A stretch of DNA of 64,000 nucleotides. Origin: Utricularia gibba. Lineage: Eukaryota > Plantae > Magnoliophyta. The stretch covers positions 310,001-374,000 of the forward strand of contig CM007990.1 of NCBI GenBank assembly GCA_002189035.1. The letters run 5' to 3'. The position numbers were made by a program, and so were the translations under genes. Shown here in pieces: positions 26,275-38,637 of this stretch; position 1 is the stretch's first letter, and every line of letters begins with the position of its first letter. The notes below the pieces were generated by a model. It was given only the letters and a program-made list of their open reading frames with translations. It was not told the origin of the DNA and made no database searches.

Positions 26275-29200
26275 ATGTACCCCGCCATTAGTGTCAGCGT
26301 TTTGAAATTGGAGAAAGTAAAACAATAGCATGTACACTTTCATCAGGCAAGATACGGGTTTAGAGCCCCAAGTCCCTTATTCCGGGACCAAGGATAATCC
26401 TGTGCAGTGGATTCAATTCCTTCACACCTTAGATCACCCAGGTGAGCAACATCCGGATCACAAAATGAGTTGAAAATCACTTTCTATCGGTGATTAGCTG
26501 CTCACAGCTCCATGTTCTTACTTTCTGATTTGCTGATTTATTTTTTCATATTTTTTTATATAGATCTTCTGGGTTTGCCTTTGGTAACTCCTGTCAAATT
26601 CCAGACGCTGAAATGTGAGAAATGCTCACTGGAGTTTTGTTCCCTAATAAACTACAGGAGGCATTGCCGCATCCATCGCCGATCTTTGAAAGATAATAAG
26701 GTTTATTGAGTCATCCATTTATATAATGGAGTGAGCCAGGACAAGAATTCTATTGATATGCCACTGTTATCTGCTACCCTTGTTCACAATATAAATGTAA
26801 TCCGAGTTCTTATTTGTTCATTGTGTAGGAATCTCACAGCTTTAAGGGTTTACTGGCTCAGTTATGGGATAAGGTAAATTATCTTTTCCACATGAGTTGC
26901 TTGGTGTCCGTAAAGTGACATCTCATTACCTCACTGCAGTGCTCTCTCACGGAAAGGAAGCAAATAGTGTCATATGATGACATTGCACTGAAGGTACTAA
27001 TGTCCACTACTGCACATTTCCTTGTATGGTTTTCAGAAGTTATATAGTCGTTGGAGTCATGTTTGTTAATTATTTTGACCTGATCTCTTCTTTTCCTTTT
27101 AACTATGTCGTGAGCTTTGATAAGATATGCCTTGTTTACCACACGTAGCAGGGAGCAATCGTTTTTTCGCATTTTTGTATTGCTTCATTTCATGCCCTGG
27201 AAATTAAGTGTCGTTTCATTGGTTTTTTAAAACAATTTATTTTTGCACAATCTGACTAAGGTGGCACTTATGCTCGTGTATTTTCACACTCTTCAGAAAA
27301 TTACTGGTTCTTCTGTGGTTGAAGCCTTAGCCACTGCTCTCCTTAATCCTGGAATCTGGACTCATCCTCAGAATTACTGGAAAGTTGGCACTAAGTTGCT
27401 AGTAAGGAGAAGCAATCAGTTACTGTCCTTTCATTCTCATCCCTGTTGCTCAATTATTTTGTTATAATGTGTATGGCTTCATAATAGGACATAATTCAAG
27501 CTCGATCACCTGTAATGTCAATTTCCTCGGAAGAGCTCTTCAGTATACTTAATGATGCCAGTGAAGGGACATTCTTATGCACAGGCTCCGCTGAGTATGT
27601 TCAGAATTTCGTCTTTGATGGAGATGTTGCCAGTGGCCTGGAGTTCAGGAATTTGATTGCTAGCACTAGCTTTCTTTTCGAGCTGCAACTGGTATATCTC
27701 CTTTGCATACATATTTTCTGGTTTATTATGTACTCTGCCACACTTTTTGTCACATTGATACAAGATAATTTGCGACTTACATTTTTGAGAATTTTCCTAG
27801 CAAATGCGCGGCAGCTCTTTTTCTTCTTTTAATTCGTCAAATGTTGAAATAAGTCACCATTTAATGTTTGGTGGCCACTGCTTTCTTTCCAGTTGAAAGC
27901 ATGGGTGGCATACAAAGATGCAGAAGCATTGAGATGTCAGAAATTGCTGGTAGAGGAAGAAGAAGCTGCCCAGAAGAGGTAGGTTCTGACCACGGGAAGC
28001 CATTCTCCCTGTCTCAGCACATCCTTGTGTTTTTTAATAGATCAGTAGAGGCACATCCTTTTACAACCTGTTAAAATGTAATGTTCAGTCATGTCTATTT
28101 TAAGCGAAGGATCCAATCTATCATGGCTCATCTGATTTCCTAGTGCTACAATAGGATACCCAGGAAGGAAATCCTGAGAATGGTGGTGTGATGTCATATT
28201 TCTACTGATAAATCTGATTTCGTTCCTTCCAGGCAAGCGAAGCTTCTGCAGAGAAGAAAACAGAAAAAGCTTCGCCAGAAGGAGCTGAAGGTTAAGGAGA
28301 GAATCAATGCATGTAAAGAAGACGTAAATTCCACTGTTTCAATTGCAGATGAGAAGGCTCTGTCTGAAGAATCCACCCCTTCTACCCCTTCTGAGTGCAG
28401 TTCCTGTCCTGTGAATGGGCCTGCGGATCGTGATATTTATATGGAGTCAGTTGCGTCGGAAAGCAAAGATTCTGAGGAGTGCTCTGTACTGCAGGCTGAG
28501 ATCGGTGACTGTGTTGACCAGCGTCAGTCTGAGACCTTTGGATCCCACGGAGGCTTGTGTGGTCATCGATCTGATGACTTAGATCATGGTTACGGGACAA
28601 CTTCACCTAGAGGGAGTCTGCACAGCTTGTTGGACAACCAAAACACTCATTTGCAGCATGATGAAGTCGAGAAGAGTAACATGGATTTTGATGGTCCTCC
28701 GCGCGATAGTAACAGTGTTGAGAACAACGAATCTGAGGATGGTGATGATCGCTGCGGCTGCAAGGTCTTAATTGGTTCCATCCCCGTTTCTCTTAATAGT
28801 TCAACTACTAGTCTGCCACCCCCATGCCCATCTGATGCCGAATATGAAGCACATGCAAAACCAACAGCACTTGATGGACATGCCTCAGAGAAGAGTGTCA
28901 AAGATGTTCATATCCTCTATGGCTCTCCTAATCTGTTGAACATCCAAGAAACAGGGTGCAAGCCTGCATGCGAAGTTGACGGCTCCCCAGAAGCTGAAAT
29001 CAAACCTACATGGGATGAGATACCTAGCCGTCCAGCAGCTTCAGATGTGAGTGCACCCCGGTTGTCTTCTCCGCAGCCACAGCAAAAGATTTCCTCGCTC
29101 AGAGTATGTACACCTTGCACCCCTCATTTCCAGTCAATACGATCATCGACTTCTTTCCTACAGTCTGGCTTGATGCTATTACATGTTCTCAAACATCCAC

Positions 29201-29319
29201 TTGAACCATGCAGGATGGAAGCAAGCCATTTCCTCACACCACATAAGATTGAGCCTTGGACGAGAGCACGGCCACCATGTGCCGGAGTTGGGGTAAAACA
29301 AACAAAAGCCGCAGTCTAG
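26275..29319 (+). CDS. C2H2-type zinc-finger protein (plant family with PVQWIQ motif and coiled coil); 8 exons; start ambiguous (26275 or 26330)
   Basis: DNPVQWIQFLHTLD, KCEKCSLEFCSLINYRRHCRIH, EELFSILNDASEGTFL, DAEALRCQKLLVEEEEAAQKRQAKLL and VLIGSIPVSL; exons join in frame through GT-AG introns. Confidence 0.85.
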
Positions 29320-30279
29320 TAGTATGTCCCTTCGAAAATTCCTTTAGTCATTCAGCTTCAACCACCAATTTGTCAGACATGCATTTAACCTGACAATTCT
29401 GATTCTAACCTTGCGGCTATTCGTAGGAAAGGCATAGCGCTTGCAAATGCAAAGCGCCCCTTTCCTGTTGTTGTGGCATAAGGTGGTTGGTATGATGTTA
29501 TGAATAAAACCCAGGCTGCTACGCGTATTGATTGTCTTCTAATTCAACATGCGAACATTTTGGGCCTCCCTGCTGGAATAAAAATTTCAACTTTTTTGCT
29601 TTCAAATGAGAGTTTCATTTTTATTTCTTTTTAGTTTTTTTTGTCAGAAGTTCTATGGTGTGTGGAATCGGTTTTGCAGTTTTGTTTTTGTATAGGAAAT
29701 GCGCCAGAACGGAAAACTGGCACGACAGCGCCGTAGTTTTGGAAGGCAATATTATTTTATTAATTGATGAGGAATCACTACCCTGGGCTGGGGTACGTGT
29801 CAGTAAGAGGACGCCACCTTTTAATGATTAGTCTGTGTCTTCTTGTTCTCTACGTTGATTGTGGATCCCGGATCAAAATCATCTGGCAGCCACGATATTG
29901 AGCGCTGGATCACTCGTTCCTGATTCTTTGGGTGCGTCTCCGTTATCCTATACTACCCTGGTAACTGCTGATGGTGATTTTTCTTAAAAAATGAAACTTA
30001 CCGGGTGGGGGTGCTCTTTGTTTTGGTCCCCATCCCGGAGTGGAAGGCATTGAATGTCTACACTTCATAGAAGCAGAGTAGTGTTTTGCGAAAGTTTTCT
30101 TTTTTTTTTTTTTTTTGTTTTTTGAACGGGGTAACTTGCAAAGATCGATAGCCGTTGACTCGTGGATTGATATAGTGCTAATTCGTCGTTCTGAAATACA
30201 GGCAAGGTGAAACCTATTTGTTTGTTTGCGTTGCTTTCGTAATCGTACTTTCAAGAAGAAGGTGGGTTTTTTGCCGAAG

Positions 30280-31992
30280 ATGTGGATGTTCACGAAGAAA
30301 GGGCCTTCTGGGTTTTCCTCGTCTTCCACGGCGGAGCAAGTTACCCAGGGGATCGATGCCAATGGCCTCACGGCAATAGTTACCGGTCAGTCAACATGTC
30401 TTTGTCTTTCTGGATAATTTTAGTGATTATGCTGTTGAGGCTCCTGTTTCGGCATGACAGAGACGTTAGTTTGGTGACTGGTTGCTGACAGTTTCGTATG
30501 TGTTCAAAGGATTAGTTTATTCCTTCCAACTTGTTGTCTTCCTCTGCATACAGGGGCTTCGTCTGGAATTGGATCAGAAACAACTCGTGTTCTGGCAATG
30601 AGAGGTGCTAATGTCATAATGGGCATCAGGAGCATAGATGCTGGAAGGAAGTTGAAGCTGCAATCTTAAAGGAGAACCCTTCCGCTAAAGTTGAAATCAA
30701 GGAGCTGGATCTCAGCTCGTTAGAATCAGTCAGAAAATTTGCTTCGGATTTCACTTCCTCGGGCCGTTCTCTCAATCTATTAATGTAAGCTGATGATTAT
30801 AAGATGAGAATTCTCAGTGTTTGAACCACTTCTTAAAACTTCCCTTTTGCAATTTTCTTGCAACAGCAACAATGCGGGCGTGATGGTTTGTCCATTCCAA
30901 CTTTCTAAAGATGGCGTAGAGATGCAGTTCGCTACCAATCACTTGGGTACTCTTTTTGTTGTAGTATTTTCTTCCTCTGTTTGGAAGCATGTTAAAATGT
31001 ATTTTTTGACGTTGAGGAACCTCCTTTGCTCTTCAGGCCATTTTCTTCTGACCAATCTGTTGTTGGATACGATGAAGAAAACTGCTTTTGAGATGAAAAA
31101 GGAAGGAAGGATTGTGAATGTTTCATCAGAGGCCCACCGCAAGTCATACGGAGAAGGGATCCGTTTCGACAAACTCAATGATGAACAAGGGTATCCTGCT
31201 CAGGGGAATGCTACCACTATCTCTTAACAAGCTATCCATGAGGTGATTGATGTTCCTTAACATCCAGCTTCTCTTTTCTGATGCAGATACTCCAGATGGT
31301 TGGCCTATGGGCAATCAAAACTCGCAAACATACTGCATACCCGTGAGCTAGCAAGACGCTTGAAGGTAACCAACCTCATTAAACTCCAGTATCCTTTTGT
31401 TTCGAAATAAGGCACCCCATTGGTCACATCATGAAGCACATTCCACGAGCCGGTTGGGATGGGATGGGATGATTCCCATACAGCCCTGCCACAACATCCA
31501 ACATTTTCGGCTTAGGTTTCTAAGTAAGGATTGCACCTAAACAGGAAGAGGGGGCAGACGTAACAGCAAACTCACTTCACCCTGGAGTTATTGCAACCAA
31601 CCTTTTCAGACATTTGGGAATCCTAAGAGGTAACCTCGGAGTCGGAGGCTTCTCCCCCCTCCTCTGAAATGAAGCTAATAGTTTCCCCTTGGCCCCAGGT
31701 TTGTCAAGCGCAGTTGTTGGTCTGGTGGCGAAGAACGTTCAACAGGTGACTCCGTGATGAATGTGATGCTTTCTTTTTGCATTTTTTCTCTTGTGGGTGC
31801 GACTAATTCTACTCTGTGATGGTGAAGGGGGCGGCAACTACATGTTACGTGGCGCTGCATCCTGATGTGAAGGGGGTCAGCGGCGAATACTTCTCGGACA
31901 GCAACTTGGCCAAAGCAAGCATTCAAGCCACAGACAACGATTTGGCTAAGAAACTCTGGGATTTTAGTTCGGATTTTGTAAGAAGCAAGTGA
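30280..31992 (+). CDS. Short-chain dehydrogenase/reductase, TIC32-like; apparent 1-nt frameshift near 30647-30651
   Basis: [20 protein letters not shown]...[12 protein letters not shown] (TGxxxGxG), [27 protein letters not shown] (YxxxK), [12 protein letters not shown]. Confidence 0.93.
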
Positions 31993-32387
31993 AAAGTTGC
32001 TCTCGCTCCTTCTCTGCTACACGAGCTGCGTTCTTTGTTTCCACAAACCTCCATATCATGAACCCCTGCTGTGCTATTTGCCTGACTTTGGTCCTGATTT
32101 TGGATTATGTTTCTGAATTTTTTTTGTTATAGAAAATAATTGATATGATATGAAATAATTTATTTGTATTTAGATAAATACATAGATAAAAATATTGGAA
32201 AGTATTGCATAATTGTTTTATGGTCTATTGGAGGTGTGAACAAGTTTATTTTTCAAATAAATAGTAATTTATTATGAAATATTTTTGTTGAAAAAACGGT
32301 TACGTTGGGCTCAAGGAAAATGAGCCCACTAAAAAACCTTAAAACCTAGGAGCAGCGGGTTCACCGGAAATACAAACTGTTGTAAGA

Positions 32388-34646
32388 ATGGCGGCGGAAG
32401 CTACAGCGGCCGTGGAAGGATTAGCGCTTTCCGACGAGGTTGAGGAGGCTAGATTCTCGCAACGTGTTCCTATTCAATCAATATTGGGGAGGCCGGACAA
32501 GGGCGCCGGATTGGCGGGGCAGAGGATCAAAATTGGGGGCTGGGTGAAGACTGGGCGCGAAGCGGAGAAGGGAAGATTCGCGTTTCTGGAGGTGAACGAT
32601 GGGAGTTGCCCTGGGAATCTGCAGGTGATCGTTAAAGCGGAGGTGCACAAGCTGAGCGATGTCGTTGCTACTGGGACCTCAATTCATGTTCAGGGATTGT
32701 TGAAATCTCCCCCGGAAGGCGTGAAGCAAAAGATTGAGCTTGAGGTGGAGTCTGTGCTTCATGTTGGATTCGTCGATGCGGCCGCGTATCCGTTGCCCAA
32801 AACCAAGCTGACGCTCGAGTTTCTGAGAGATTTCGTCCATCTTCGCCCCAGGACCAACACTGTACCGATCTTTCTCCATCTTTACTTTATCTTTTTCGAT
32901 GGGCCTGGTTCTATAACTGGAGTGCTTAATTTACGTTCTGATCATGGGATGCTATTCGTCTGAAGTGGAAATATTTTTGTTCTTGCTTCTAGATCTCTGC
33001 AGTTGCTAGAATCCGGAATGCCTTGGCGTATGCGACCCACACCTTCTTTCAGAAGCACGGGTTTCTGTATGTGCATACTCCTATTATCACAACCAGCGAT
33101 TGTGAAGGTGCAGGGGAGATGTTTCAGGTCACCACTCTACTTACTGATGCTGAAAAGCTGGCGACTGATCTCAAGAAGAACCCTCCTTCGAAAGCCGACC
33201 TAAAGGACGCTGAGCTTTCTGTGAAGGAGAAAGGAGAACTAGTGGCTAAGCTAAAATCGGATAAAGCAAGCAAACAGGAAATAGCAGCTGCTGTTGCGGA
33301 ATTGGCTAAGGCCAAAGAATATCATTCAAAGCTTGATGGACGGCTGCAATTGGCTGAAAGGGTCGAGAAAGGAGGTGCCATCCCTAAAAAGGAGGGAAAA
33401 TTTGACTTTGAGCAGGATTTTTTTGCCAGGCAAGCATTCTTGACTGTATCCGGGCAGCTGCAGGTAGAAACATATGCTTGCGGACTTAGTAGCGTGTATA
33501 CCTTTGGACCGACGTTTCGAGCAGAACATTCACATACTTCTCGTCATCTCGCTGAATTTTGGATGGTAGAGCCAGAGATTGCTTTCGCTGATATACAGGT
33601 ATGACACTTCGCCCTGAACTCTGTGTTTGTTGGGTATCTGAAAAGCTATTCCTTGGCACAAAAAATGCTTGAGCCCACAAAATTTCATACTGGTTTTTTG
33701 TTTTAGCTATCCCAAGGGAAAAATCGAGATGTGTATATGCATTTTTGTTGCTGGAAATGTGAATTTGATCAGCTGTAGCTCAACTGCTGATACTTTTTGT
33801 AGGATGACATGAACTGTGCGGAAGAATATATAAGATTTCTCTGTCAGTGGTTGCTGGACCATTGCTACGATGATATTGAGTTCATGTCAAAATACATTGA
33901 CAAAACAGCCATAGAAAGATTGCAGACTGTTGCTAAATCCAAGTTTCAGAGAATAACATACACCGAGGCAGTTGCTATCCTCGAGGAGGCCTCCAAAGTA
34001 AGAAAATTCGAGAACAAAGCTGAATGGGGCATTGATTTGGCTTCTGAGCATGAAAGGTGAAGCATCTGTTACTACTTCAATCGTTGGCATTATGCTTCAT
34101 TTCCATGATCTCTATTCCTCTCTTACAGATACCTGGCTGAGGAGAAGTTCAAGGGACCTGTCATCGTCTACAACTACCCAAAAGCAATCAAAGCCTTCTA
34201 TATGAAACTCAATGATGACAAGAAAACCGTTGCCGCCATGGATATCCTTGTACCTAAGGTGAGGTCATCTTCTACCCCCTTTCTCTCGTCCATTACTGAT
34301 TTTACACAACACATTCTGTTCCTAGGTAGGAGAACTCGTTGGTGGGAGCCAAAGGGAAGAGGACTACGAAGTTCTGAAGCAAAGGTAAATAAACAGCCGA
34401 CACACTAAACATCCCATCTTGGGGTGCCTGCTGCAGAACAACTAACTGTCTTCGTTTTGAAGGATTCTGGAGATGGGTCTCAGCACCGAACCATACGACT
34501 GGTACCTCGACCTGAGAAGGTACGGCACGGTGAAACACAGCGGGTTTGGCCTTGGCTTTGAAAGAATGCTCCTGTTTGCAACTGGCATTGAGAACATCAG
34601 GGACGTCATACCCTTCCCCAGGTACCCTGGCAGAGCAGATCTGTGA
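32388..34646 (+). CDS. SYNC1: Cytosolic asparagine--tRNA ligase with WHEP-like insertion
   Basis: GGWVKTGR...[93 protein letters not shown]; all exons join in frame. Confidence 0.97.
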
Positions 34647-35713
34647 TTGGTACATAGCAACCAGTCTGAGACTGGTATTCTTCACCTTACAAATCATTCA
34701 ACCCAACATATTCCTACTATTTTGATTCATGGTGTTTTGCATTGTTGGAAACTGGAAACAATTTTTATCAAAATCAAGTAGTTCTTGAAGCAGTTATTAC
34801 TCTCCTATGGTATCATCAACTCCATCATTTCTCTTTACAAATCTAAGCCTTCAACTGGTTCCGTCCAGTTCTTCAAACCTCTGGTAGGCCTCGCCACCCC
34901 AGGAGAGATGATGCATCAGAACGAATCCAGCTTCAGGAAATGGGACAATGAAGCGTGAACAAGATAAACCAAGGGGGAGGGGTCTTTCTGTTAATACTAT
35001 AAAATAACGGACTTTGTTGTCAATATTGTAAACTTATGGGGCATATATGTAAATTTCACTGGTGGTCAACGAAATGTAATAATATTTTAAAGGTATATTT
35101 GTAATTTTTATTTTTAAAAAAATGAAAAAGAATTTCTGGGGGTATTTAATGCAAAAGTATTTTTCAAAAAATTGAAACATGCCAGTTTTGAAATAGACAG
35201 GAGTTGAGGGGCCAGAGGGTAATAACGGTTCACCAAATTACCAGTGCGTGGAGACGACAAGACATGCCACGTATTAAATTAGTTATCTGTAATAATAAAT
35301 AACCGAATAAAAAAGTTATTCCGAAAATAATATTTTTTTCATATTATAAAATGGTAGGCTCGGGTGTCCTCTGCTGCTGGCGCGGCATCTGCAGTGTCTT
35401 GGGAGTGAGTGAGTAGAGTGGAAAGAAGTGCAGTGGATGCGTTTTGGGCTCTCCGTCTTCTTCTTCTTCTGCTTCTTCCTCGTCGTCGTTAAGAATCAGT
35501 TCAAGTTTTGAACTTTGAAGGACGTTTCTTTGGGTTGGCAGTCGCGTGGGTCGTTTTCGGATTCATAAATATGTTCAGTAAATGGACCAGGAACCAGTTC
35601 TTGAAAGGGATGTGTGGATGAGCCGTCTTCCTTTTGAGTAATTGCAGGTTGTGAAATTCTGGGGGGTTTCTCTGCACTAGCGCGGCCTCGCCGGGAGACG
35701 CTTTCTGCAGAAA

Positions 35714-37693
35714 ATGGAAGCTCAGGAAAAAGACCCTTCTTCTTCGCGTTCCGGTGGGTGTATGCCTTCGATTTTTCACCTCTTTGGTGTTGACCCTTAT
35801 AGCGTGATACAACACCGCCGCCGGATTTCCTCCTTTTTCCGGCCACGGAGCTTCAGGGTGAGTAGCTCCTCAGGGAGGAAATGGGGTTACAGCGACGGAG
35901 GAGTAGTGTGGAGTCCGTGAAACCTGTTGAAGATGAAAACATGGATTTTCCAGTAAGTTTCAGTAGATTCTTGAAGCTTTTGTCTTCTCCAGTCCCCTGA
36001 CTTTTTATCAACTCTCCCCAGATGGGTTTAGGGATTCGAATCAAAACGGCCAAGGAGGAGAGCAGCTGCAGCTCGCCGGCGGTGAGAACTCCGAATCTGG
36101 TAGCCAAACTCATGGGCCTGGATACGCTCTCTGAGTCGGGTTCTCCATTTGCTTATTATACCCCCAGAACGAAATCCCAGTTGGGGGATCTGCTCTTCAT
36201 TGAACCAAGCAGATACTCGATCGACATTATCCCATCAGGCTCGGGGAGAAGATCAGAAGCAGATGGCCGCCATTTTCACAGGCTGTCTTTGGACATCTAC
36301 AGGGAGAAAGACAACGCAGATGTCAGAGAACGAGAGTCGTGTCCTCTGCAGGGCGAGAACAGAACTGCCGCGAAGAGCAAGGTGAAATCGCGTCTTCGTG
36401 GAAGGAATGTGCTGAGTGACATCACGAACTTGAACAGGGAAGAGGAGGAGGAGGAAGAGGGTCATGGAGAGAGATCCAGTGGCAAATTGAATTCCTCCAA
36501 GTCACAATTTGTAAGTTCAGTAGACGCAGCTTGCTATGGCTCCCAAGGGATTTTCAGGCCGCTGAAACCAGGTAAGAGGCAGGAAGGCAGCATCAGGAAA
36601 TCAAGGGGACCAGAAATTCATCTGAGCTCAAGAAAAAGCAACGACCACCGCGTCCCAACAACAAGAACATGACAAAGGAGTCGTTTTTCCGATCAGAATC
36701 CAAAAGCAAAGCAACTGTAGAAGGCAATTGTACCAAGAAAACACACCCACAGAATGAAATGATCCATGTGGGTTCTTTGCCGAAGATGGTTCCCGCCACG
36801 AAACTGCCTCAAAAACAGGTAAATCCACCAGATTCTTTTCCTTACATTTTTCAATTCCTGCTCCAGTTCATGGAATCTTCCTCCCAACAATCCATAAATT
36901 GATTCCTGTCATCGCAGAGGACCTGCAAATTCTCAGGATTTCTTTTGTCTTTGTTTGCTAATATCTTTGAGGTCAAAAGTTTCAGGTAGCAGAGCATGCC
37001 CAAACAAAAGATAACAACCAACCACGGTTATCTAGTAAGACGAGCCACCCACACACGCAACTACTCCGGGATTCGAAGCAAACACCCACTGCCGCCCCGG
37101 AAAGCGTGTTCCCCCACAGTGGCGCTGCCGAATCCGTCGCCGGGACCGCGGCAGAGTATAAACATTACATCCAGAGAATCTTAAAAAGAGGTGGGTTCAT
37201 GGCCAGCGCCTCCTTTACATCAAAAAATTGGCACAACCCCTCGCATCCCCTTGACCCATCAGTCTTCAACTACCTCGAACTATTCCACCCGAACGCGCAC
37301 GCCTCGTGCGCCTTGCGCCGTCGGTGCGACAGGAAGCTGCTTTTCCAGCTGGTGGATGAGATTCTGAAAGAAATTCTGGAACCCCAATGGGAATCGAAGA
37401 ATCCAACGCTCGTTCCCCATCGCGGGGAAGAGACTCCGGACTTAATGGACCAGATATGGAAGAAAATTCAGAAACTCCCGGCGGCCACCTGTGAGTTCAT
37501 CGAAGACATCGACGCCTTGATCCATGAAGATCTAAAAGATGAGGCTCCGCCGAATGTGCATCTTGAGGCAGAAGCAAGTCGGTTGGTATCGGAGATCGAA
37601 GCCCGACTCGTCGGCATGCTGCTGCATGAGACCGTCGAGGAGGTGGCGGCCGGTGCTTGCAATAGTCACGTGCTCGGCTCGTGCCCCGCCTAG
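35714..37693 (+). CDS. TON1-recruiting-motif (TRM/LONGIFOLIA-like) protein with VARLMGL and DUF4378 domains; two apparent frameshifts
   Basis: GCMPSIFHLF, RTPNLVAKLMGLD, PATKLPQKQ, LDPSVFNYLE, DRKLLFQLVDEIL and EIEARLVGMLLHE motifs. Confidence 0.8.
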
Positions 37694-38637
37694 ACCTTCC
37701 CCCTTCATTTAGCTCATTGTCAGGTGATCCAACAGTCCCACCACGTGACAAAAATAAAGCATTCTTGTATGAAATAACACGTGTTCACTATGAATTTAAT
37801 GAAAATTAATTAATTAAATTTATTCTATTTTAATTATATTAATATAATTATCTTTTCGTACAAATTAAATATCTAAAATACATTTTTCTTTCTATTTAAA
37901 TATGTCTATTAAAATATTTTTAATATATTTAAAAAACGCCTTACTTAATTGGGTAGTTAGCGAGCCCATTGTGAAAAGGGCCGGCTCAAATTGCGGTTCG
38001 GCTCACTATAAATCATTTTCTTCACTTAATTATATTATATAACATTTTGGTGGGCCCCATTTGAGCAACTAGCGTACTTGATTTTACATGATTTTCTTAA
38101 ATTAAAAAATAAAATGTTGGGGTGGGAAAAAGATAATACAAATTATTAATATTTTGCATAATTCAATTCCTAGCCATTATTGAAATTTAAAATCGGATCT
38201 CAAAACGATTTTCTGAACCTTAATTACTACCTTGATTTTTTGGTGTATACATATATTTTTTATCTACGTATCGATTGATTTGGATTGTTTTTTCAAGGAA
38301 ATTTGGACAGTTTTTTGTTTTCTAACAGGAAATCTTGTGTCTTTACAGGAGCCGGGAGATTTTTTATTGCTGTGTGTGTCAACTTCGGTGCTCACTTTTG
38401 TGTTGGTCCTTTGATTTCTTTCTTTTCTGGGCTGTCTTTTATTGGGATCGGGAAATGGAATGCGATCGAGGGGTACCCATTTTAACGGTTTGTTGCGTTG
38501 TGTGAATCCGTGGTGCTTTATTGTTCTTGATGTCAACGATTTCTTTTTAATTCGTGTGTTCGAGGGGAGGATTGATGCTGCTTCTTAGGGATTGGTGAGT
38601 TTAAAAGGTTTTTGGAGTTGGCTTGCTTGGTGTAAAA

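Noticed and set aside
11-34646. Asparagine synthetase and asparaginyl-tRNA synthetase as a functional cluster
   Set aside because: They are about 31 kb apart with 12 unrelated genes between them; likely coincidence.
35859-35873. GTGAGT...CAG micro-intron of about 16 nt in the TRM gene
   Set aside because: It is too short for spliceosomal removal, and excising it does not restore the conserved frame.
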